Below are positions 53,986 through 63,552 of a stretch of DNA of 64,000 nt, piece after piece. The translations under genes were made by a program, and so were the position numbers. The stretch covers positions 56,029 to 120,028 of the forward strand of contig JAXLXP010000007.1 in assembly GCA_046327955.1 (NCBI GenBank). Reading direction: 5' to 3'. The notes below the pieces were generated by a model. It did not search any database and had not been told where the DNA came from. It saw only the letters and a program-made list of their open reading frames with translations. Each line of letters begins with the position of its first letter. Position 1 is the stretch's first letter. The stretch is from Candidatus Binatia bacterium (GTDB lineage Bacteria; Desulfobacterota; Binatia; DP-6).

Positions 53986-55149
53986 ATGGGGGGACAGGCG
54001 GCGGGGGCGGGGCGGTTTGCGGAGTACGTGGAGCGGTTGGGGGCGGCGGTCGGACACGCCGACCGTGGCGAGCCGTTGCGCGCCTATCTGACGGGCCTCT
54101 TACTCCCGGGCGAGCGCAAGAGCGTTGAACCGATGGCGGCGAAGATCGACCCCCGGCGGGTGCGGGCGCGGCACCAGTCGATGCATCACTTTGTCGCCGT
54201 GGCGCCCTGGGATGAGCGCGCCGTGTTGCGCACGGCCCGCGACTACTTGCTTCCGGAGCTCGAGCGCCATGCCCCGGTGGGGGCGTGGGTCGTCGATGAC
54301 ACCGGCATCCCGAAGAAGGGCTTGCATTCCGTCGGGGTGGCGCGCCAGTACTGTGGCCCGCGCGGCAAGCAGGACAATTGTCAGGTCGCGGTCACCGTCT
54401 CGCTGGTCAATGCGGTGCTCAGCGTGCCCGGTGCCTATCGGCTCTATCTGCCCGAGGCGTGGGCGCGGGACCGGCGGCGCCGGGCGGCCGCCCACGTCCC
54501 GGTGGCGGTGCGGTTTCAAACGAAGTGGGCCATCGCCCTGGAGGCGATCGACGAGCTGCTGGCCGAAGGGCTGCCCCGCGCCCCCGTCGTCGCCGACGCC
54601 GGCTACGGGGTGATCACCGCGTTTCGCGAGGGGCTCAGCACGCGCGGCTTCTCGTACGCCGTCGGCATCACGAGCGAAACGACGGTGTGGCCGCCCGGCC
54701 AGGGCCCGTTGCCGCCCGCGCCGTGGAGCGGGCAGGGGCGTCCGCCGACGCGGCTGCGACGGACGGCGCGCGTGCACCCACTGGCGGTGGAGGTGCTGGC
54801 GCGACGGCTGGCCCCGACGATGTGGCGCCCCGTGCGGTGGCGGGCCGGGACGCGGGGCACGATGCAGTCGCGCTTTGCGACGGTGCGCGTGCGCGCGGCC
54901 CATCGCGACGATCAGCGGGCGGAGGCGCGGGCCCCCGAGTGGTTGCTGATCGAGTGGCCGCGGGGCAACGAGGCGCCCGCCAAGTATTGGCTCTCCACGG
55001 TCCCGGCCGACGTCCCGCTCGACGAACTCGTGCGGCTCGTCAAGATTCGCTGGCGCATCGAGCGCGATTTCCAGGAACTCAAGGACGAGCTGGGGGGCGA
55101 CCACTATGAGGGCCGCGGCTGGCGGGGCTTTCATCACCACGGGGCCTTA
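53986..55149 (+). pseudogene. IS701-family transposase, 5' part
   Basis: MGGQAAGAGRFAEYVERLGAAVGHADRGEPLRAYLTGLLLPGERKSVEPMAA...VVDDTGIPKKG...RWRIERDFQELKDELGGDHYEGRGWRGFHHHGAL, then the interruption. Confidence 0.85.
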
Positions 55150-55152
55150 GAG

Positions 55153-56611
55153 CCACCCGTTTCAAGGTGTCTTCTTGGTCCGTGCCGCCGCCATGAGCCG
55201 CGCCGTGGAGTGATGGCGCTGGGCGACCCTCCGCGCGACGTAGCCTTTGGGCGCGGGTACCTTGGGCGCGCGCCGACTCTTCCGCACCGTGGCGATGTTC
55301 AGTCCCGCCGCGGTCTTCCGCAGCAGGGCCGCGAAGCGCGCGTCGCCGAGGGCGTCCCAGGGGGCCCAGTCGGTGGTGTCGGTCGCGATCGCGAAGCCCT
55401 GGTACCTCGCACGGATCTCGACCGCCACGTGATACGACGACACGGCCGGGACGTCCCCGTCGACCGTGTGGGTCGCTTCGACCGCGCGGCGCACTACCTG
55501 GAGCACATTGAACGCCAAGACCGCGAGCCCAAACGCGAACAGCGCCGCCTTCGGCTGGCCGAGCGTGCGCAGCCCGCCGGCCAGCGCGGCTTCGAGTTCG
55601 CCGAACATCCCCTCGATCGTCCACCGCCCACGGTAGTGCTCGGCGATCTCACGGGCCCGCAGCCGCGTGGCGGGCACGTTCGTCAGCAGCACGAGCGTGG
55701 TGGCACCATCCTGGGTCGGCGCGTCCGAGTGCACCCGGACCTGCCGGAGTGGCAGCGTCCGGCCATCGCTGCGCGTCATGGTGACCGGCTGTTCGTCCAC
55801 GGTCCCCGTGGCCGTGCGGCCACCGCGGCGGGGCATCCCCGACGCCACCACGATCGGCGAGCGCCCGTGCTTGCGCACGATGAAGACGGCGCCCTGGTCC
55901 GCAAACCCCTCGAACAAGCGCGTCGTGCTGAAATTCCGATCCGCCACCCACAACTGCCCGCGGGCAGCCAGGGCGACCAGCGCCTCCGTGAGCGAGCGCT
56001 CTTGGGCATGCGCGTCCTCACACGGGACGAGGTCCACCGCCAGCCCGAGCTGCGGATCGTAGACCACCAACGTGTGGCCGGGCAGCGCGGCGCCCCGCAG
56101 GCCGCGCAACGCCTTGAGCCGCTTCTCCGTCGCCGGCAAGTGATTGCCGTCGACGATGCGCACCGCGTACCCGCCGCCCCCCACTGCGGGCCCCGACCGT
56201 CAGCGCGGCGAGCACGCCGGCGAGTCGCTGCGCGCCGTCGCGGACCATTGCCCGCACCAGGGCGGGCTCCGTCCGGTTAATCTTGTCGTACAGCGCCGTC
56301 AGCGACACCGGGAGGGTGGCGCCCGCCGCTCGGACCGCCGCGTGAATCGACGGCCGGAACCCGAACGTGACCGAGGCGAGCAAATCCACGACCGTCGAGA
56401 ACAGCAGCGACCGGACGTACTGCCGCTCGGCGTGCTGGGCGAACAGCGCATCGAGCCACGGCGCCGCCAGCGCCCGCCGCAGCGTCAGGTGCGCCATTAC
56501 GGTCAGCGGACTCCGTTTGAGGAACCGCTCCACCACCGCATCCCACCCCATCCGCCACCTCCCACCCTCGAGGCAGCGCTACCTCACGGGGGGTCACCTT
56601 GAAAGGGGTGG
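55153..56611 (-). mobile_element. IS4-family-like insertion sequence
   Basis: 17-bp IRs CCACCCGTTTCAAGGTG (55153-55169) and CACCTTGAAAGGGGTGG (56595-56611), with 1 mismatch. Flanked by the 9-bp direct repeat GCCTTAGAG (55144-55152 and 56612-56620). Confidence 0.8.
55162..56551 (-). pseudogene. IS4-family DDE transposase with a frameshift at a C/G run near 56175-56185
   Basis: The N-terminal frame (MGWDAVVERFLKRSPLTVMAHLTLRRAL...) and the C-terminal frame (...GGYAVRIVDGNHLPATEKRLKAL...WVADRNF...HYRGRWTIEGMFGELE...) overlap. The span is 1390 nt, not a multiple of 3. Confidence 0.8.
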
Positions 56612-56620
56612 GCCTTAGAG

Positions 56621-56768
56621 CCACCCCTTTCAAGGTGACGAACGCCCGTAATCATTGAGGTATTTCGAGAAAGTCGGCGAAGGGCCGTCTGTAGAAACCG
56701 GCCTCTGGAGCGGTGATCGAGCGGAAAGGTGCTGATTTCATCGACTTCCGCCACCTTGAAAGGGGTGG
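56621..56768. mobile_element. 148-bp MITE-like derivative of the IS4-like element
   Basis: Same IRs (CCACCCCTTTCAAGGTG ... CACCTTGAAAGGGGTGG) and no ORF. Followed by a third GCCTTAGAG copy (56769-56777). Confidence 0.7.
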
Positions 56769-56778
56769 GCCTTAGAGC

Positions 56779-57603
56779 CTATCCCAATAGGCCTGCGGCA
56801 CGCCACGTGATAATCGCGCAGGCGATGTGCAACATCCCGAGGTAGGTCTCCGGCTTCTCTCCCACCGAATCAACACCCGCCGGAATCAATTCATCCAGCT
56901 ATGCGCGCGCGCGACCACCCACCGCCGCGCTTTGAAGCCGGCGCGGCGCTTGAGTGCCCGGGCTTCCTCCCCGCGGGTGCGCAGGTGCAGCGTGAAGCCG
57001 AAGGTGCGGGCGAGGGTGCGGACCTCGTCGTAGTCGTAGCCCTTGACGAGACAGAGCCCCTGCCGGACCGTCGGCCGGGGGCGCGGGCGCCGCACCGGCA
57101 CGCTGGCGACCGTCTCGGCGAACAACTTGAAGTCATTGCGATTGGCGCCGGCGATCGCGAGCCCGATCGGCACGCCCGCGGCCTCGGTCAGCAGACTGCG
57201 TTTGGTCCCGCCTTTGGCGCGATCCGTGGGGTTGGGCCCGGTTTTTTCCCCCACCCAACGGGGCCTTGGTCATCGCCCCGTCCATCGACAGCCAGCGCCA
57301 GTCCAGCCCGTACGCCTGATCGTAGTGGCGCAACGCCCGGCGCCACAACGTGCGAAACACCCCGGCCGCCGTCCATTCCTGAAAGCGCCGATGCGCGGAC
57401 GACGACGAACAGAGGCCCGTGCTGTTCAGGGCATTCCACTGACACCCGGTCCGGAGCACGAAGAGAATCGCGTCCAGTGCCGCGCGGTCTGGGACCCGCG
57501 GGTTGTGACATCCCAGCGGATGCGGCTTCCGCGCGGGCAGCAACGGCTCGATCTTCGCCCACAGCGCATCCGGCATCCGCCACCCATCATCCTTTGCCAC
57601 CAT
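56779..57603 (-). pseudogene. IS5-family transposase (orfA/orfB with GGGAAAAAAC slippery site), also carrying a nonsense codon and a 1-nt deletion in the 3' part
   Basis: orfA: MVAKDDGWRMPDALWAKIEPLLPARKPHPLGCHNPRVPDRAALDAILFVLRTGCQWNAL. orfB: EKTGPNPTDRAKGGTKRSLLTEAAGVPIG...YDYDEV. The tail reads HSWMN-TGA-FRRVLIRWE(frameshift)KKPETYLGMLHIACAIITWRAAGLLG. Confidence 0.75.
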
Positions 57604-57653
57604 CCCCACATCACCACCCCCCGCACCGTCTACCACGTCTTGACCCCTACCGG

Positions 57654-59168
57654 TCGGAGTAGGGACCGCGGTCGCCCGCGGCCCCTCCACAGATCCGGAC
57701 GTGCGGCATTACCGCATCCGGCTCCTGCCTTGGGTGACGACGCCAAAGCGGACGAGGGGATACGGGTGACAGATGCGGACGGGCGGAAGCCACCGGTCGA
57801 TGTAGCGTTGCATCCGGCGCCACGGCAGGTGGTGCTGCTGGCTGCGGCGACGCAGGGCGCGCCACCACAGCCGTCCCACTGCTTGGCGGAAGGCCCCGAG
57901 CGCCGAGCCGTTCATCGGGACGCCGTAGTACCGCATATGGCCCCCAACAGCGGCCCGGAGTAGAGATTGGCCAGGAGCGGGCTGATGCTGCCCCCCTGGA
58001 CTGTACCGCTCTCCCTCTGTGTTCGCTTCCCCTCCTCCAGCACGCCGGCCCACAGCCATTTCTGGATGAGGCGCACGACGCGCCGGTCCCCCACACGGTG
58101 CTCGAGAAACTTCACCAGCCATCCGTGGTCGAGGGTATCGAAGAAGCCACGGATATCGGCATCGAGCACCCAGTTCACCCTCCTCGTCGAGAGCCCGACC
58201 GTGAGCGCGTCCAGAGCCTGATGCGGATTGCGTCGCGGTCGGAATCCATACGAGAAACCGAGGAAGTCGCCCTCGTAGATGGCGTTGAGCACCTCAACGA
58301 CGGCGCGCTGGACGACCTTGTCTTCCAGCGCGGGAACGCCGAGCGGCCGCAGCCGCCCGTCCGCCTTCGGGATGTACACTCTACGCACTGGCTTCGCCCG
58401 GTACGCCCCCCGTTGGAGCCGGCCGGAGAGGTCCTGCAGATGCGCTTCCAGATTCTCTCCGTAGTGCCGCCACGTCTCGCCATCGATGCCAGCAGCCGCA
58501 TCACGTTTGAGCTCCCAGTAGGCTGCCCGCAACCGCTCGATGGCGTACACGTGGTGAAGGAGCGCGGTGAACCGCTGCTGCCTGTCTCTCCTCGCTGCCT
58601 GCCGTACCCGCTCGAGCGCGCTGAGCGTGCTTCCCCGGCTCTGCGTCCGGCGCGCGTTACGCTCGGGCGAGTTCCCCTTGGCCAGCCCCCTTCCCTCCAC
58701 CACCTCCGCGGCCGGTTCCTCGGCGTTGTTCGGTGGCTTCCCGGGTACTACGAGGCTGTCCGACTTCCCGCGTCCGTCCATCATCGGCGTACGTCCTCGG
58801 ACTTCCCGATGCGGCCGGCGGTCCCCTCGACCGCCGGCAGACGCGGGACCTCCCGGTTCCCGTGCGAGGTGCATCCGTACATGCGTGGGGTCTTCGACCG
58901 CGCGGGGTCCTGGGACGCCTCGCGCTCCCGGCGCCCCCGGTCTGGCCTTCCGCGTCTATCCACCGCGTCGGCACCCCGGAGTACCCGCCGCTTGCGCAGC
59001 GGGGTAAGAGATTTCGCGGCTCAATACCCAGCCTGCACGTACCCCTGCCAACGCTTCACCTCCGCCCTCACGGGCGACGGCGCATGACTCAGCGTCAGAG
59101 CGGATCGCTACTCCTTTCTCTGTGTGGCTCTTTCATCCACGACACCTCGCCGGTTTGTACCGGCGCAC
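57654..59168 (-). mobile_element. Group II intron with internally deleted reverse-transcriptase/maturase ORF
   Basis: 5' end GTGCGCC (59168 downward). Domain V GAGCCGGATGCGGTAATGCCGCACGTCCGGATC (57692-57724). Domain VI helix GGGGCCGCGGGCGACCGCGGTCCCTAC with a bulged A. 3' end ...CCGAC at 57654. The IEP frame (58784 downward) reads MMDGRGKSDSLVVPGKPPNN...LRPLGVPALEDKVVQRAV...GGSISPLLANLY, then jumps frame to ...GHMRYYGVPMNGSALGAFRQAV; the YADD region is missing. Confidence 0.8.
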
Positions 59169-59178
59169 CGATAGGCTC

Positions 59179-59434
59179 TTATGCATTGCCGCGTACGCCT
59201 TCCTCGCCGCCGAGCGAGCTCGGCTCCCCCCCCCAGCACCTCTTGCCTTCCTCCGCCCCGCTCGCCTACCCGGTGGGTTCCGACCACGCGGCGCTGCCCA
59301 TGCGTCCTGAACGCCATCACCCGGCGTCGATCACGACGATGCGAGTGCACCAGGCGCGCACCCTCGTCGCCCTCCTGCCCGGCTGCCCGTACTGCGGCAC
59401 GAACGACGGGGCGTCGGCGTTTATGACACAGTAG
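59179..59434 (+). pseudogene. IS701-family transposase, 3' part (additional frameshift)
   Basis: ...LCIAAYAFLAAERARLPPPAPLAFLRPARLPGGFRPRG, then in another frame RPERHHPASITTMRVHQARTLVALLPGCPYCGTNDGASAFMTQ-stop. Confidence 0.75.
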
Positions 59435-59441
59435 TACTAGG

Positions 59442-59590
59442 ACGGCGCTGGTGCTCTCGGGGGGCGGCATCACGGGGTTTCTCTACCAGATCGGTGTGCG
59501 CGCTGCGCTCGCGCACGCCGTACCACCCGGGCCGTTCAACGAACACTTCGATCTCTTCGTCGGGACCAGCGCGGGAGTGGTCACGGTCGC
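59442..59590 (+). pseudogene. Patatin-like phospholipase gene, continuation, truncated after ~45 codons
   Basis: ALVLSGGGITGFLYQIGVRAALAHAVPPGPFNEHFDLFVGTSAGVV. It then runs into the opposite-strand hydrolase remnant. Confidence 0.55.
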
Positions 59591-59965
59591 GACGGCCACC
59601 GCTTCCGGCACCCGCGCCGCGGCCGCCAGCACCGCAGCACCGCCCAGGCTGTGGCCAACGAGCAGCTTGGAGGCCCGGTACCGCTCGCGCAGGAAGCGCG
59701 TCGCCGCCACTATGTCGTCCACGTTCGAGGAGAAATTCGTATTGGCGAACTCCCCTTCGCTGCTGCCGAGCCCCGTGAAGTCGAAGCGCAGGACCGCGAT
59801 GCCCCGCTCTGCCAACGCGCCGCTGATGCGTGCGGCGGGGAAAAGGTCTTTGGAGCAGGTGAAGCAGTGGGCGACCACGGCGTGGGCGATCGACTCGCCG
59901 GGAGGCAGATCGAGTCGGGCCGCCAGCAAGACTTCCTGCAACCCCAGAAAACCTGACCTTCTCAC
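59483..59965 (-). pseudogene. Alpha/beta hydrolase (N-terminal module of the hydrolase/OsmC bifunctional type), 3'-truncated
   Basis: ...HAVVAHCFTCSKDLFPAARISGALAERGIAVLRFDFTGLGSSEGEFANTNFSSNVDDIVAATRFL...LLVGHSLGGAAVLAAAARVPEAVAVATV, then non-homologous tail sequence. Confidence 0.6.
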
Positions 59966-60011
59966 TGCGGTTCGCTATGTGTCTTCTCCCGTTCGTCGGT
60001 CGCGGCTACCC

Positions 60012-61439
60012 TCAGCGCCGGTCCTCCAGCAAGAGATAGAGGACGTTGTCGGCGAAGGCCGGATCGCGTGTCATGCCGAGGTGATCGCTGAAGAGGAAGG
60101 TGGCGCCTCGCCAGACGATCGGCGACACGAGGGTGGGGCTCCAGGTACCACCGACCCGCTCGTCGAGCAGGGCGCTACTCCGGAGCACGGTGCCGTCGCC
60201 CGGCTCCCATCGCACCACTGCGAGCCGCCCGTTCGCTCCGCGGAGAGCAGCGACCGCACTGGTTGGAGCGGCGTCGCCAGCCACTAGGAACAGGTCCCCT
60301 CCCTCGTGTGGCGGCTCTGGCTGATCGAGCGCCGTGAAGAGCTGCTGTGCCCGGGCGAAGCATTTTCGCTGATGGTCGAGCGCGATCCGCCGACGGGTGG
60401 CGGGATCCGGGATCTCCGGCAGGAGCCAGCTCAGGATCCGATCCTGGTCGCGAGACGCCAGACCCCAGCCCATACGCTCCCAAAGCCCGGGATCGAGGAC
60501 GTCGGCGCGCGGGGCGCCGGCCTCGTCCGACTCGACCAGTGCGCCGTGTCGGGTCCGCGGGAGTAGCTGATAAACGGAGGGGAAGGTGCCGAGGATCGCC
60601 GGCCCGTACCACGGAAGGAAGCGGCCGACGCTGCTCCCGTTGACCAGCTGCATGAGCGCGTCGACCGACCCGGCATCGGGTGTCCCGACGAGGATCACGC
60701 GGTCGACGTAGCGCAGCCCTGCCCAGGTGATCGGCGACGTCGAGCCGTCGCTCGGCAGGTCGGCGGCTCCGTACAGACGGTAGTAGCGCGCGATCAGCCC
60801 GCCCATGGAATGGGCGACGATGTCGAACTTCACGTCGCGGTCCACCCCATACCGCCTGCGGATCTCCTCGCGGACGTAGGCTCCCTTCTCGAGGATGAAC
60901 TGGTGGAGCCGCACGGCGTTCTCGACGTTGTCCCGTCGCCAGTCGTACGGAAACTGAAAGCAGGTGAAGTGATCGCGGCCGTAGTCGATGGCGCCGAGGA
61001 GACCGACGCTCTGGTCGCGGAAACCCCCGGCGCCGAGCGTCGCGAGGATCTCGAAGTACGCCTTGAGCTGGACGGGAAGGCCGAAGAGCCTCACCCGGAG
61101 TTTGTCCAGGACGCCATCCGGGACGACGTCGTCGCGGAGCTCGCGCAGCGGGACCCCTTCTCGCATCGGGAGAGCAACGACGCGAGCCCCGGCGGGGCTC
61201 GTAGGGTCCGCATAGTCGCGGTCGAAGGCGCCCCATATCGTACGGCCGGTCCTCGCGTCTCTCAGCCGGGAGCCGACGATCCCCGGGATGACGATGATCG
61301 GGTTCCGAAACGGGCCGTGATGTTGGGCGGCACGGTTGTAGATGGCCCCGAGCTGCGGCACCCTCGGCGACGTGGTGCAGCCGGCGATCGCGACCAAGCC
61401 GGCCAGCGCCGCGGCGAGAACTCGCTGCGTGCCCACCAT
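60012..61439 (-). CDS. LCAT/PDAT-like alpha/beta-hydrolase lipoprotein (lecithin:cholesterol acyltransferase family)
   Basis: ATG at 61439: MVGTQRVLAAALAGLVAIAGC (lipobox)...NPIIVIPGIVGSRL...FPYDWRRD...IVAHSMGGLIARYY. Confidence 0.75.
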   Translation of the reverse strand: MVGTQRVLAAALAGLVAIAGCTTSPRVPQLGAIYNRAAQHHGPFRNPIIVIPGIVGSRLRDARTGRTIWGAFDRDYADPTSPAGARVVALPMREGVPLRELRDDVVPDGVLDKLRVRLFGLPVQLKAYFEILATLGAGGFRDQSVGLLGAIDYGRDHFTCFQFPYDWRRDNVENAVRLHQFILEKGAYVREEIRRRYGVDRDVKFDIVAHSMGGLIARYYRLYGAADLPSDGSTSPITWAGLRYVDRVILVGTPDAGSVDALMQLVNGSSVGRFLPWYGPAILGTFPSVYQLLPRTRHGALVESDEAGAPRADVLDPGLWERMGWGLASRDQDRILSWLLPEIPDPATRRRIALDHQRKCFARAQQLFTALDQPEPPHEGGDLFLVAGDAAPTSAVAALRGANGRLAVVRWEPGDGTVLRSSALLDERVGGTWSPTLVSPIVWRGATFLFSDHLGMTRDPAFADNVLYLLLEDRR

Positions 61440-61455
61440 CACGATCGCCGGCGCC

Positions 61456-62100
61456 TCACTGGACCTTGAGATCGAGCACGTCTGACATCTTGCGCAGTCT
61501 CTCCGCGAACTGCTGGTGCTCGGAGTGCGAGTTGCAGAAGGCAAACCGCATGAGAAATCGTCCGTCTTGCCGATCGAAGGAGAGAGGACCCTCCTGGGTG
61601 TGGCCGCGACTCAGGGCGTCGTGTACCGCGCCCACGAGTTCCTCGTTCTCGCGTGCGGTCACTTGGTACTGATGCACGCTACACTTCGTCGCCATCCGTT
61701 GCTCGACCGCACCGAGGGTGCGCAGTGCCAAGAGGACGACGACCGTCCCCGCTGCTGCCAAGAAGTAGTTCTCCAGAGCGGCGGCTAATCCAAGCGCGCC
61801 GTTTACCCAGATCAGCGCCGCCGTCGTTAGCCCACGTACCGTCCCCCGCTCCCGAACGATCACCCCGGCACCCAAGAACCCCAACCCGGTCACCACGTTC
61901 GCGGCGATCTTCCCCGCCCCATCCGTTCCGAGAGACTTGCCAGCCAAGAAGAAGAGCGCCGTTCCGACGGTCACCAGGACCTGCGTACGCAAGCCGGCCA
62001 GCTTGTGCGACAACTCCCGCTCGAGTCCGAGCACGAGGCCGATTGCCGAAGCAACCGCCAAGGGGATGAGCAGGGCAACTACTGTACCAGTCTCAGACAA
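61456..62100 (-). CDS. MgtC/SapB-family membrane protein
   Basis: ...AIGLVLGLERELSHKLAGLRTQVLVTVGTALFF...GLGFLGAGVIVRERGTVRGLTTAALIW, plus a C-terminal ACT-like domain. Confidence 0.85.
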   Translation of the reverse strand: MSETGTVVALLIPLAVASAIGLVLGLERELSHKLAGLRTQVLVTVGTALFFLAGKSLGTDGAGKIAANVVTGLGFLGAGVIVRERGTVRGLTTAALIWVNGALGLAAALENYFLAAAGTVVVLLALRTLGAVEQRMATKCSVHQYQVTARENEELVGAVHDALSRGHTQEGPLSFDRQDGRFLMRFAFCNSHSEHQQFAERLRKMSDVLDLKVQ

Positions 62101-62253
62101 ATTCCTCTCCTCGTGTCAGAACGTATTCGAGCCCGACGACGAACAGCGCTCCCGCGAAGTCGGCTCCCACGCTGACCAACGCGGCGTGAAAGAGCGTCCT
62201 CCCCACGATGCGCTGGTCGAGGGGCGCAGTCTCGGCCACCGTCCACATCTTCC

Positions 62254-63552
62254 TCATGACCTGGGCCGCCGCCCCAGGCTCCACTTGAGCGCGGGCGGGG
62301 TCATCATCGTTGTCATGATCACCATGACGACGACAGCGGAGAAGGTAGTATCGTCGATCACGCGTCGGCCGCCGACATAGAGCGAGAGCCCGATGTTGGC
62401 GAAGATGAGGCCCACCTCGCCGCGAGGGATCATCGCGATTCCGACGGTCAGCCGGTCAACGCCCTTGCCCAGAACCCCGAGGGAGCAAGCCTGCTTTCCA
62501 AGGATGGCGACGACCGTGAGCGCAACGGCAAGCCCGAGGACTCCTGGTTGTGCAAATGAACGAAGATCGGTCCGCATCCCCATGACCACGAAGAAGATCG
62601 GCACGAGGAACGAAGAGATCGGATGGATCAGATCCTCGAGACCGTGCTCCCCGCGGTCCACGAAATCTCGGTAGTGAACCTGCTCCAGGATGAGGCCAGC
62701 GGCAAAGGCTCCAACGATGGGCGCGAGCCCGATGAGGTTGGCGAGCCAAGAGAGCAAGAAGCAGAACGCGAGGCCGATCGCGAGCAGGACGCCACGCGTG
62801 CGCAGCTTGGAGGCGAGCGAGAAGAGCTTTCGCGAGAACAGCACGCCCAGCGCCAACGAGACGACGAGGAACCCGGTCGCTTCGCCAAGCACCCAGAGGA
62901 CGTCGACCGGCGCGAGGCTGCCGCCGCGATTGGCGGCGCCGATGACCCCGGTGACCACGGCCAGAATGACGAGCCCGAGCACATCGTCGATGACCGCCGC
63001 CCCGAGGATGACGCGCGCCTCGTCCGACTGCGAGCGACCGAGGTCTTTGAGGACGCGGGCCGTGATGCCCACGCTCGTGGCGGTGAGGGTGGCGCCGATG
63101 AACGCGTGGACGCAGGGACCGTGGGAAGGCAACAGCCAGGCTCCCACACCCCAGCCCAGAGCGAACGGCGTGACGACCCCGAGGATCGCCACGAGGAGTG
63201 CGGACCAGCCGACCTTGAGCATCTGACCAACCGTCGATTCGAGCCCGACCTCGAACAGGAGGACGAGAACACCGACCCGAGCGAACATGTCGATGAACGG
63301 GTCCGTCTTGATCGGCTCGACCCCCGAGAAGCCGGCGAGCGTGAGGTTCCCAAGGACGACGCCGATGATAAGCTCGCCGAGCACGGCCGGCTGGCCGATC
63401 CGCACCACCAGGTCGCCGCCGACCTTGGCTGCGAGCAAGATGACGACGAGCCAGAGCGCCACCGAGGCAACCGGATCGGCGTGCCCCCCTCCCTCCGATG
63501 CGTAGGCGGGAACGGCGAGCACGAAGCATCCGATCGCGGCGGCTATCTTGAT
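62254..63552 (-). CDS. CPA2-family cation:proton antiporter; start unclear (ATC 63552 with signal-like leader, or GTG 63522 / 63462)
   Basis: ...VALWLVVILLAAKVGGDLVVRIGQPAVLGELIIGVVLGN...VGLES...GAAVIDDVLGLV. There is no ATG. (M)KIAAAIGCFVLAVPAYA/SEGGGHADP would be a signal-like leader beginning at an ATC, preceded by AAGGGAG. Confidence 0.8.
   Translation of the reverse strand: MKIAAAIGCFVLAVPAYASEGGGHADPVASVALWLVVILLAAKVGGDLVVRIGQPAVLGELIIGVVLGNLTLAGFSGVEPIKTDPFIDMFARVGVLVLLFEVGLESTVGQMLKVGWSALLVAILGVVTPFALGWGVGAWLLPSHGPCVHAFIGATLTATSVGITARVLKDLGRSQSDEARVILGAAVIDDVLGLVILAVVTGVIGAANRGGSLAPVDVLWVLGEATGFLVVSLALGVLFSRKLFSLASKLRTRGVLLAIGLAFCFLLSWLANLIGLAPIVGAFAAGLILEQVHYRDFVDRGEHGLEDLIHPISSFLVPIFFVVMGMRTDLRSFAQPGVLGLAVALTVVAILGKQACSLGVLGKGVDRLTVGIAMIPRGEVGLIFANIGLSLYVGGRRVIDDTTFSAVVVMVIMTTMMTPPALKWSLGRRPRS

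Larger units (their letters stand above)
56775..59178 (-). mobile_element. IS5-family (IS427/IS1031-like, two-frame transposase) element carrying a group II intron; about 0.89 kb without the intron
   Basis: The ends are GAGCCTATCCCAATAGG (56775-) and its imperfect inverse GAGCCTATCG[intron]CGGTAGGGG. 3-bp TSD TTA (56772-56774 and 59179-59181). Removal restores the IS701 transposase sequence HHHGAL-CIAAYAFL. Confidence 0.75.
53927..59441 (+). mobile_element. IS701-family element, disrupted by nested IS5/IS427-type, IS4-like, MITE and group II intron insertions
   Basis: Perfect 23-bp terminal IRs CCTAGTACTACTGTGTCATAAAC (53927-53949) and their complement (59419-59441). Flanking ACG on both sides. 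The transposase is split at 55149 / 59179. Confidence 0.85.
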
